From the NCBI GenBank assembly GCA_040954595.2, contig CM082596.2, positions 653,468 to 717,467 of the forward strand: a DNA stretch of 64,000 nt, read 5' to 3'. The notes under the pieces are model-generated. The model was not told the DNA's origin and did no database searches. It was given only the letters and a program-made list of their open reading frames with translations. The DNA comes from Balanoglossus misakiensis. Taxonomy: Eukaryota > Animalia > Hemichordata. Positions 14,816-27,200 of this stretch are shown in pieces. Both the position numbers and the translations under genes were made by a program. Positions within the stretch are counted from its first letter, which is position 1. Each line of letters opens with the position of its first letter.

Positions 14816-17800
14816 CATTATTGAAGGACCCCACACTTTAAATATTTCAAAAGAGACTGTCACACAATTGATCATTTCATGACTTAATGATGCTGTAAAC
14901 ATTCAAGCAGACATGGACACATCCAGACGAGGAAAGACAGACATTTATTGTCGTGATGGTGTGATATTTCACTCACACGAGCGAACATATGAGATAATGC
15001 TGGTACTTCAAAGATATAATAAACACCAGAATCGTAATCAAGCATAGCGTGCCATACCTTATACAGCAAAAACGTAAACACCAGACTGTTATATTAAGAC
15101 CTCAATGATAAAATAAAGTATTTTGGGGTAGATGATGGTTGCAACGCACATGAGTTTTTCAACTTCAAGTGTACACTTACAAAAAGGAAAATAAAAAAAA
15201 TTGTAATTTCTATGGAACCAGTGTGACCAGGCTTTGTAACTGAGCTAGATGGTAATACAGAGTCAAAGCAAGACCCTAAGCAGGCAAAACATACCGGTAT
15301 ATTATGATCAGACACCTCACTCAAATATGCAAAAATGGCACATATCATTACTGTAAGTGACACTTAAAACTGGTGAATGTATGCCTAGCTAATTTTCTTG
15401 AGCAATAAATATTAATTTTTGATGCTTCTTATTCATGTAAATCCAATAAACAGGATAATGAGCTTTAAGATAATTAGCCATCAACAAATGGAATAACAAA
15501 GCCGCTTAGTGGCCTTTACATGCGATAATTATGTTTCCACTGTTGAGCACAATTAGACAAATTGATTGAGGAGAAAACGCCAATTTCCTTGAAACTAAAA
15601 AAAGGTAATCTGATCAGAGCTCGATGTAAGATGCAAATCAGCTAAATTATGACGGAATGACATTAGAATAATTTCAACGACATGTATTACGGTGACATAG
15701 AGACCTCAACAGTCAAGCCTCGTCGAGATTGCAAAGTATGAAGTGTTCTCCGTAGTTATGGATGAGCTCTACTTTATCGAAAGGCAAACTCTTTGAAGAA
15801 TACAGGTAAGTGAAGAAATAGGACAGCCTTCACAGCTAATTCAAACGTTTTGACAGACGGCTAAAAACCTGGGTTTGCTACAGAGAGACTGCAGCAGAAG
15901 ATGAGAACTATGGGACATGTTCGTTGATACGGTGGAGTTCTGTTCATACTGGTTAATATGATCGGTGTTACTGACAGAAAGGTGTATCATTTAAGGTTAC
16001 GCAAAAGTATTGTCAAGGATCGGACAACGAAGCATTTATTGATGGTCTCATTAAACAAAGTCTGTGTAATTTACCGTACTTCCCTTGAAGACTTTTCACC
16101 AAGACACAGCTTACTACAGATTAAAGCTAACGCAAGCAAGCTAGCGAGACTATATTCAAATAATTGTATGGTAGATTTGAAGATGATGTATCCAAAATGA
16201 CACGATCTGTTACTCAAATGTTAAATGACAGCATTTCTGGCTTTGGCTCACAACTGTGATTTTGTGGGTTTATTAGCTTCCATCTTCCCTTGATAGTGGT
16301 ACACATTTCGTTAAATTTGGTTTGTTAGCTGGAATATTTTAAAGGCTAGCGTAATGACAACTTTGTGGATTAATTTCTGAGGATTCAAGTTGAATTCCCT
16401 CCCGTTGCTGATCATAACACCAGCAATTTAATAAACATGTATCTGGCTTTAATCAAGGTGTGTTATTTATTGCCTAAAAACAGCATTTTATGCGAAAACT
16501 GGGAAATAAGACGCAGCTGGAATTACAACTAAACATGCATGGAATTATGGTTTAATTACTAAACTTACTGATTAAGGCTGCACAATATTAAAGTTGAAGC
16601 ATTTTGCATTGTTTCTTCTAAAGTACGTATTAATATTTAAGAAGTATTCATTAAGTCGCAGGTGTCCCTGAAGCATGAAATTAGTAGATGCCAGTTATAT
16701 CATTCATTCTGTCAATTGTTCACAATGACTCAATGGGACAATGACTGAGAAATGTCAATCAATTTTACCATCACTTTCTTGATAATTTAGCTGGCTAAAT
16801 TGATACTCTTATGACAATGAGTTGTCAACCTTTTACCCAGAATGCACTTATTATAAGTAATAAGTCGCTCTTATTAAAGGCCTTACTCAACAGTGGGCCA
16901 AATCTTTTGTTTCCAATAAACAGTAAACACAAAAGCTTTCTTGCGTGCCTCCATTGTACAGCCCTGGGATCAAGAAAACGGCCTTTAAATAATGTTGCGA
17001 AAAAGCATGTTAACACTGCTGGTATACGTGTCTATGATTAGGTAGCAAACAAATAAATTCTGCTGGTTGTTATGACGATACTACACTGGTGCGTGAAGTT
17101 TATTCTCACGACCTTAAATAGGTTTTGCTACCTACTGGTGAGTGATAGAAATATGTAGTCTACAGAATGTCAAGATGGCGAATTATGGTAGTTCAGAACC
17201 TAAATTAATGTTAGGTAAGACTGAATTTTTTGTAGCAGAAACATCTGTAGCAAATTTCAACAAATTTGGTGATTTCAGTTGAAGTATGTCTGTAATAACA
17301 ATTTAAGATTATCCTAATATGCAAATGGAGGAAATTGCATATGACACGCATTGAACCATCATAATGTTTAAAGAATGATATACTGGTATGTTGTAAGTGT
17401 TTACCATACCAACAAACTGGCAGACAGACAGGTAGGCAGACAGACAGACAACAGTACAGCTGTTAGTGCACGGGGCTAAAATGACTTGTGAACAAACTAA
17501 GTTAGTACATGGCACAGCTGGTCTTCACTTGGGAAATTTAAGCCTGATTAATCACAGACATTTGATAGTCATTTTACAACAGCACATTTGGTCATTATTT
17601 ACCCATTTTCTTTGCTATATAGTTGTGATGCAGCAAATAGCAAAGTCACCAAATGGGGTTACAATAAGACTCGGATGAGTATATTTAGACATGTCAATTC
17701 AAATGCTTTTACTGGTGGTTAATAAACAGATGTATAGGTGCGACACATATGTACAAGAGAACACTGGAAATAGAAAGCCATACTCAAGCTTTATACCTGC

Positions 17801-17898
17801 AAAAACTGCAATATTTAAACAGATTACTGTACATTTGGTATTTTGCTTTTGTTAGGACAACAGTTGTGAGTTCGCTCAGAAAGTAATTGATATTTACA

Positions 17899-18184
17899 AT
17901 GGGTGACAAAAACACATGGATATCGATGCATGACTTCAATGGCAAAGTCAACAGGTAAGTCAGTTTCTGTACATTGGATTTGAGATTTTCTAAATGCCAC
18001 AAAGAGACAAGATCAGTTGGAGAATACCTTCTGTACATAAAAATGAAATGAAAATACTCTATGTCATCAATTTTTCGAAAGTGATCAATCCCTTCATCAC
18101 TTCGTCAGTGGGTGGTATCACTTATTTGATCTGTTGCCTTTGGAGTTATGGAATGTCTCACTGACAGATTCATGGGTTCATAGG

Positions 18185-18238
<54 letters not shown>

Positions 18239-21200
18239 CAGTGGCTGATAGTGAAGAATTTTTTCATACATTTTTAGGACAGATAAGACCGAACAGTTTG
18301 CTCAAGACAAAACCTTGCGTGAAAGTGATGAAAATGTAGCGAATAGAGAACGTACAACGTATATTGGTATCATTAAGGGGTTTGGTTTGGAGACCACTGC
18401 CCATGGTATTCCGAGAATCGCTGGTGCGAAGTCAACAATCGGCCGATTAATCTGGTGTGTGTTGTTCCTGGCTGCCGCTGGTGCATTCTTGCGACAGCTC
18501 ATAATTTTAGTGGATCTTTACGTGCAGCGTCCTGTGACAGTACATATTGCAGTCGTGTCAAAGTCCTCTCTGGACTTTCCTGCCATTACTGTATGCAACA
18601 CGAACAGACTTAGAAGTTCTGCTGTTCACAACAGTATCCACAAGGAACTAACCACGGCAGTTGAAGGAACAGAGATATTGCCATACTATGGTGAGTTCAT
18701 CCTATATCTTACTTAGCCCATTATTATACTGTCATAACTTCATAATGTACATAAAAATCCACCCATGCCTATGTAAACACTCATCAGATATTTGAATAAA
18801 AGCAATATGCAGCAAATCACATTTTCCTTTTAAAAGTAAATGCAAACATGTTGACAGCTTGATGGGTATTATTAGCAGAATCCCCTGTGCTTTTATGTCG
18901 TGGGAAATTCGTAGCTTTATAACTGCAATCTCTGTACATGGCACAAGACAGCTTGACAACCAGCTTTGTAATCATTAATTTTCACAGGCAATTTACGCTA
19001 CGAAATTTAATTGTGCTGATTAAAATTTCATGAGGAAGACATCAACAGAAGATCAACTTGGAATTTCCATTAAAACTTAATTACTTTCACATCACAATTA
19101 TTCTCACCCTATCTAATAACTACAAGATATTGCCGGAGATTATTATATTGAAAGGGGGTGACCTCGGTAATTTCTAACAAATGATAAAAATGACTGTTCC
19201 AGTTGAAAGTAATGAAATACGCAGGCTTAATATAATACTATTGTTGCATCTTTAATACAATTTTGTGAACATTTGAACTTTCAGTCTGGTATTACTTGTT
19301 CATTATTATTTGTGAAATTTCATATTGCACTGTTACAAATGTTGTCTGCAGATTAACCATGACATATTCACAAATGATTGATATTATCAATATCCATATG
19401 CATGTGTTTGCCGTTGTTCTAAATAAGTAAACATGAATCGGTAGATAATACTTGTACAGAAAATTTGAAGTCAACTTACTTTCATAGGGTGTTGTGTTCA
19501 ATTTTCTAATCACTTGATAGTCTTTGGGCAACATACACATGACAATAACGTTCTTAAAGACATGAAACCCTAGAGCATGATCACAATATCTTTCATTTCC
19601 TTGTAATCGCAGCGCCATGTCTAGATGGTGATTTCATATGCAGTAACGGTATAACATGTATAAAGTCGTACCTAGTTTGTGATGGAGCTGTTCAATGCCA
19701 AGATGGGAGTGATGAAGAACACTGTCAATATGGTAGGTGAACTGTTTATTAGGGCCATAGTCAGAAGTTATCATTTCAATTTACACCCAAAAGTAAGTTT
19801 AAGCTTATACGTCTTTTCTTTTGCCATTTAATAATCTAGCTGAATGCGCGCATGCACAGTTCAAGTGCCAGAGTGGAAGTCCTTTTGGTTTGTGCCTTGA
19901 GGAGCATAAGATATGCGATGGAACCGATGACTGCTATGACGGAGCTGATGAAAATTCATGTGGTACCTTATCTTGCTACTTTTAGACATTTCAAAATGGC
20001 TTTGTGCAAATATCAATAATTTCATGCTTAATACACACAAGGAAACATTTTTCAAAGAGTGGCATTTACATATTTATATTACTAGAATATTAAGTGTGAC
20101 GTTATCTGATGAATGGGTCACAGTTTTCTGAGGATTTTTATCTTGAGCTTTCTGAAGCATTAAAACGAGTCAAATTTTTTCAAGATGTGGAATCTCACTA
20201 CATTTTTGATGTTGGGTTCACCATCCTCATTTTCACAGTTTGCAGCTCACTTGAATTTGAATGTAAATCTGGCGGGAAATATGGCCATTGTATACCACTG
20301 GAGAATCTGTGTGATGGATACAAACATTGCAACAATGGTGAAGATGAGACAATTGAAAGCTGTGGTGAGTCACCTTGCTTTTTCATTTGTGCGATCCATC
20401 ATCAAATTTGTCAAAAGTGCATGAATGTTTCAATAGGGAAATATAGTGTATTATCAGTACATATTTGACATGCGAAAGTGTAACACTCTTTCCATTCCAA
20501 CAGTCAAGATTTATATCCTCGCTTAATGTAGGTTCTGGAGTCTTTTGAAACCAATTCATTTTATTTTCAGCTAATGACCATGGTTTTGTTTGTGATGGGA
20601 CCAGGCGTATTCCTACAAGTTGGCTCTGTGACAATATTCCTGACTGTTTGGACCTAAATGATGAGATAAAATGCACATCCTATGGTAGGATAAGACAATT
20701 TTTCTTATCTATATCATGTAAAAGACCAATGAGCGTCATAAGTTCTTGCCATGTAAAATTTGGAAAGATCAGACAGGTTTTTGATCACACATCTGCATTT
20801 ATCCTTTACAGAGACCTGCATGTCAGGACTTTTTACCTGCACGAACAAAAACTGTGTTTTGATGAACTCATTGTGCGATTTTGTCAACGATTGTGGAGAT
20901 TGGAGTGACGAGGAAAATTGTACATATGGTAAGTTAATTATTATGACCATCATTGACCCTTCTCTACATATTCATGTTTATCGTTTATACAATAACATGC
21001 TTATACTCTACACCTATATTTGACCTTCTCGATGCAAGTTCCATGTCCAGACACATCAAGCAGATGTCCGAATGGCAAATGTGTAAACAGTTTAGAAGAG
21101 TGTGATATTTACATGGGCTGTGGTGATGATGTTGCCGCAAGCAAATGCAATCAAAGCAGTGAGTATCAGAAAGTGTCCTTAACATTAGGTAGAATGCGCC

Positions 21201-24200
21201 TTGAAAATCAACGTCCTAAACTTTTTCTCATATTTTGTTCAAGGCAACTTTAGATTATTCCCTCTTAAAAATATCGTTATTGAAATTTTAAATTTACTAA
21301 CTTTAACTATTACTAACATTTGAAACTCCTTCAATGTGAAATCAATGTAGCTCCATGTCCTGGTCGACTGGTCCGTTGTGAAGATGGCAGATGTGTCACT
21401 GCGGAGAGCAACAGCTGTGGTGATGATATTGATTATATTGGCAAGTAACACATGTTGTAGCAATATGACAAAGGTTCAACTCCCTAAAGCATCATAAATG
21501 GTTCATTATTTAACTAGTTTATGAACACACGCCATGTGCACAGTCAACATCAATTACTATCATAAATTGAATACATCATGTCTGATGTGCATGTGTGTGT
21601 ATTCAGAGGGGAAACTCAGTACAGACTATTTTACATGCATCTGTTGTTGCAGAAGTGATGGCTTATTGCTTTTTGATTTCAATTGTAGAATCTTTATCAA
21701 TGCCATACCCGGAGAGCGAGTTTCAGAAAATATATGGTCATGTGTTAATGGCGGTGCCAAGAAGAGTATTGATCAACACCATGGAAGAAGAATGTTTGAT
21801 GGCATGTGTGAACGAGACTGATTTCATCTGTCGTGCTGTCAACACATTACCAGAAAATGTTTGTGAGCTTTTGGAAGAAAGCAACTCGTTATTGACTAAT
21901 TCGTTAATGGTGGCAAGTGATTCTGTGTACTATGAATATAGGAAAGGTAAAGAACTTTTCATTTGTGTAACAAAGTCATGAAATACACTGTCTTAAGGTA
22001 AAAGGGTCAATGGGTGTGTGTTAAAGGTAAACTCATTTTTTTCCAGCATCGATTTTCTATTGATTACACAATTTTGCATCTCTCTGTGAAGATCACACAT
22101 GTAATGCAATTGTTTTTAACAGCCAATCATCCATTCAACGCTGTCACTTCACACCATGGTTACGCTCTCCATGGATACACAGAGAAGAAAATCTTAAACA
22201 TCGATGAACAGGAATGCATTCTTGCATGTCTTACATCACCTGGTTTCCTTTGCCGATCTGTCGACTACTTCAAGGATGCTAAAATATGTTACGTGAATGT
22301 GGAGAATGCTTGGAGTGCGGGCGTTAGTCTTTTGAAAGATGGGCTATTCAACCACCATGAAATTCGTGACGGTGAGACCAAGTTCGTTTCATGTCCAAAT
22401 GACATTCTTCTTGATTGAGTCTTTATGTACAACACAAACCTGGTTGCACCAACAGATGTTAAGCTTTAATTTAAAAATACCCTCCATTTTATATTACGAT
22501 AAGTTTAAAATGTGACTCTCCCTCATGGTCAGGTGTGTAAAATTTGTCCACCCTCCTGGATCTCTCCAGCTGACCCTCGCATCTTTTATGTTGCCAATCC
22601 ATTCCATTCTCTCAACAGAAATTTATCCGTTTAACCAGTTCAAGGAATACGCAGGTTTTATGACATCAGTGATTGATGGGAAGAGAATAACCTCTCAAAC
22701 AATCCAGCAGTGTCTTTCCAAATGCATGATTGAACCAACTTTCGACTGTGTGGCTGTTGATTGGTCCACAAGTGGACTCTGTCTACTACTGGACAAATCC
22801 TTGCAATCACCAGATGTGCAGCTTATACCCAATGCTGAATTTGTCCATTATGAGGTCATAGACGGTAAGCTTCAAATTCCTCATAATGACAGTATTTCTC
22901 TGCAGATTTGCATCATCTATTTCACGTGCATCAATTAAGAGATTCTCAAAAAGTGCAGTGGTCTCATTTTCGAATTTCTGTGGTACATTCAGGTGTAAAT
23001 AAATGCAAAGCAAATCCTTTCTTTTTTATAATGCAGCATTTCCTCGAAATTACTTCATCAAGTCTACAGGGCGTGCTCTTACATCATACAATGACCATAT
23101 TATTCGCCGTGTTAGCCTGTCAGAGTGCTTGCGTTTTTGCCTGGAGGGACCAAAATTTGTCTGTCACTCGGCTGATTATTCAAAATATGCCAATTGTTTC
23201 ATGAGTACAGAAACTCCTGAAACTACTGAAACAGGGCTCGGGTTTTACAAGGGTACAAACTATTACCAGAGTAAAAAGGGTGAGTGTAGCTTCGTATTGT
23301 GTACACCCAATATTGTTGTTTGACATTATCAATTGTCTCAGTTCACAAGCCTAATATTCGCTACTTCAGCGATACTGGTTCGTTGACGGACATGAACTTG
23401 TACAGCAATCAATTTGAATTCCATTGTATCATTGAAGTAAGCTCAATAGGAATGCCTTGCTGTTGATTTATCTGTTTGCTTTGATACTTTCTGTATAGCT
23501 GTTTGCATAGAAGGTGACTTTGCCTGTGATCATGGATGGCAGTGTATCAAGGCTTCTCTGCACTGTGATGGAATACGCCATTGTGTAGATGGAAGCGATG
23601 AAAAACAATGTCAAGGTAGTCAGGTTGAATTTATTAGTTTAGTTTTATTTGTAGAAAGTTGTTAACCATGTGTAACATTTCACAAAACTTCATTATGCAT
23701 TTCTTCAAGATACTGAAAATGATGAAATAAATATGGAAGAGTAAGTAAACATGTTTTGCAGAATCGACTCCCAAAATTCACTTCATTCAATTCAATATTG
23801 TGAATTCAACCATATATCACTTTACATGGAAAAAGCCTAAGTTCAATGTTTTAAACCATAATTTCACTATAGGCTATTCTTGTACGGAGGAAGAATTTCT
23901 ATGCAATAAGGGATCATTTCATGAAGAGATTTGTATTTCAAAAGAAAGTGTCTGTGATGGCTACCGTGACTGTCTTGATGGTTCAGATGAAACCAGAGAA
24001 CAATGTCGTGAGTATAATGAGTTTTACTGATGGAAACACAGTTTGTCGATAAGGCGACTAGAAAACCATGTAAATCTTATGTAGGCTCACATACTTGTGT
24101 GTCACCATACACCTGGACAACTGTCCCAAAACAGTTAACACATTACCAGTGATTAAGAATGCTATCTTTCAAAGATAGAAACTATTATTGCCATTCGATA

Positions 24201-27200
24201 ATAAAATTGAGAACATTGTTCTTTTGTGAAATAAGAAGTTAAAAATATTCTGATGTGATCATCTCCAGAAATTTGTCGAGGATTCTTGTGTGATGATACT
24301 CTCTGCATCGAAGACTCCAAGGTTTGTGATCACGTTGTCCACTGCACGGACGGGACCGATGAAAAATCCTGTCTGTATCGTAAGTACCTATCCATTTGTC
24401 TTGGAGACTTCTGATCAAAAGAATGTAGCACTTCAATTCAGTACTCAGCCAATTACTTTGGCATGTATAATATACATTTTGTTTTTATGTATTTTACCCA
24501 GCTGTATGTACCAACAGAGAACACAAATGTCCAAACAAAATGTGTATTCCATTGGAAAAAGTGTGTGACGGTGAAAACGACTGCTATGATTGGACAGAGG
24601 AATGGAATTGCAAATATCGTAAGTTTTTCAATAGGATCACTGCATGGTTCAGTAACCTATTACAATTGACTTAGATTTGTGAAACTTTTGAAACTGTTGC
24701 GTTGATATTTCTAAATATCTCAGCTAACTGCAACAAAGTCTTTTAACGTGACTTTATATTAACACATCAAAATATCTTGTCTTAAAACAACATAGAACAG
24801 GTAAAGGAATGCCTCGTGTTCTGTACACATTGAACTGTGAATTCCACCTGAATGTTTTCTATATCACAGGTGGGGAATGCTACATGTTGGCCAATGCCTA
24901 TGATTATCGTGGAAATGTTAGCAAAACAGTGAGTGGACGAGACTGTCAGAAATGGACTTCTGACTCTCCACACATGCATGACAGAGACCCAGAGGATTAC
25001 CCAGGGGCCGGGATTGGTGATCATAACTTCTGTAGAAATCCCGACAACGAGGCTGGGATTTGGTGTTTCACCACTGACCCGGATGTTCGATGGGAATACT
25101 GTGAAGCGGGAATAAGGCAACAAAAATGTGATGGCGGTTGGTATCCAATCCTGTTCTTAACACATACATTCCTTCATTTGTTTTGTAAAACAGTTGAACA
25201 CTAGCTTATAGAAAGTGGCCAAGCAAATACAATGATATAAACTGTATGAAGCTGTCATTTTCCTAAGTTTTTATATTTTGTTATAATGAATGACTTTTCT
25301 CTAATTCTTGCTGCATATTTAGATATCCGGAAGTGTGACACTGAAAATGAATTTTCCTGTCGAAATCAGCAATGTATTGCTGAACATTTCCTCTGTGATG
25401 GCAGAAATCACTGTGGTGATTGGAGTGATGAATGGGATTGTCAATACAGTAAGTATACCTGCATCTTGGGCAAAAGTAGCATATCTTGGGTTGTACAAAG
25501 TTCATAGCAAGGAGGAAAGATAACAAAAGTGGACAAGATTGCAAAGTTCATGTGTTTAGTACAATTAGCATGCCAGGTCCACTCTAGGTCAACTATGGAG
25601 TGTCTTAGACCATTCCATGTCTCATCAGTAACTCTGTATCTCTTTTCAGGGGGAGAATGCTACATGTTGCAGAGTGGTGCAGATTATCGGGGAAATACAA
25701 GTGTTACAAGAAGTGGCAACGATTGTCAAAAGTGGTCTGAACAAACACCCCATCGACACAACTATTCACCTGAGATGGTCAAAGGTCAAGGTCTAGGTGA
25801 TCACAACTACTGTAGAAATCCTGGCCAAGCCCAAGGTCAATCTTCACCATGGTGCTATACTACAAACCCCAACGTTACCTGGGAACACTGCAGTCTCCCT
25901 GAACCTCTTGATACATGCTCCCAAAGTAAGTCATTATCTCCATGTACAAAGATACAACATCTATCTATCTATCTACCTATCTATCTATCAAAATCTGTCT
26001 GTCTCACTCAACATTCCCTCTTGTATGTACGGTAATTGTGCTCTCATCTTTACGGTTGTACATCATTTCAGACACCATTTGTGCCAAGGATGAATTCACT
26101 TGTCACAGTGGTCAATGCATCATTGCCAAACAACGCTGCGACAGGAACCAGAATTGTGCTGATGGTAGTGATGAAGAGAATTGTGCATTTTACGTCGATG
26201 AAATGGGTAAGCAAAGTTTGGTGGTCCATGAAAGTTGAAGTGACCAACAGATTTGTGCTTTTTACTCAACGCTATGCAGGATTAATTAATAAACAACAGG
26301 GTTGAAACCAGTCATTTAAATTCCATTTTTTCTCTTGTCATCCATACAGGTAGATGTCCTTCCTTTACATTCACTTGTAGGGATGGCACGTGTATCAATC
26401 CCTACTTCAAATGTAATGTACGAGTAGACTGTCCTGATGGCTCAGATGAAATCAACTGTCTACCGCCTGGTAAGAGAGTGATTCCACAGTACACTAATGT
26501 CATCCTTCATACTTATATCAAAGGATAAATAAAACAGAGAGAGGTAAACAAGACAGGAGCTGAGAGATTATTTTATGGGGATTTGAGGTTAGGATTTCAT
26601 ATATTGGTCTGATATAAGATGCACTTGTGTGTACCACTCTTATCATCTTGAAGTGTTAACTTTCTGACAGGTTTTGGTTCAGGATGTTATCGAGGCCGTG
26701 GAGAAGAGTACCGAGGACTTGTCAACGTTACAGAGAGTGGGAAAGCTTGTGTCAAATGGAAAGATTCAAAACACAAATACATTCCTGAAAAATTACCCGA
26801 AGCAGGTAACCAGCATAAAGCAGTAACACAATGAGTTTGTTCAAGTTATGAAGTATAACAAAATACACAGCAAATGTTGTGTGAATATTTGTCTGTGTTT
26901 TTGAAACTGAATTTCAAATACAGAAGCAAGCTCAATTTTCACCAATTACAATGTATACCACTATTATTAGGCTTCATTGTCAGGCCGAAAGAATACCACA
27001 AACTTTACAATTGCTTCTATTGGCACAAAATAAATCTATCTACATGGGACTGCATGTGATCAAATGCATGGAAGTGAAATGTGAGTAGTGGTCTAAATTT
27101 ATCAGTTAACCGAATAACTATATCTGCTGGTATTCAATGTACTAGAACCTTTTTGTGCCAGCATAGATATTTCGGCCTTTCCTGAATCACTGATTAAATT

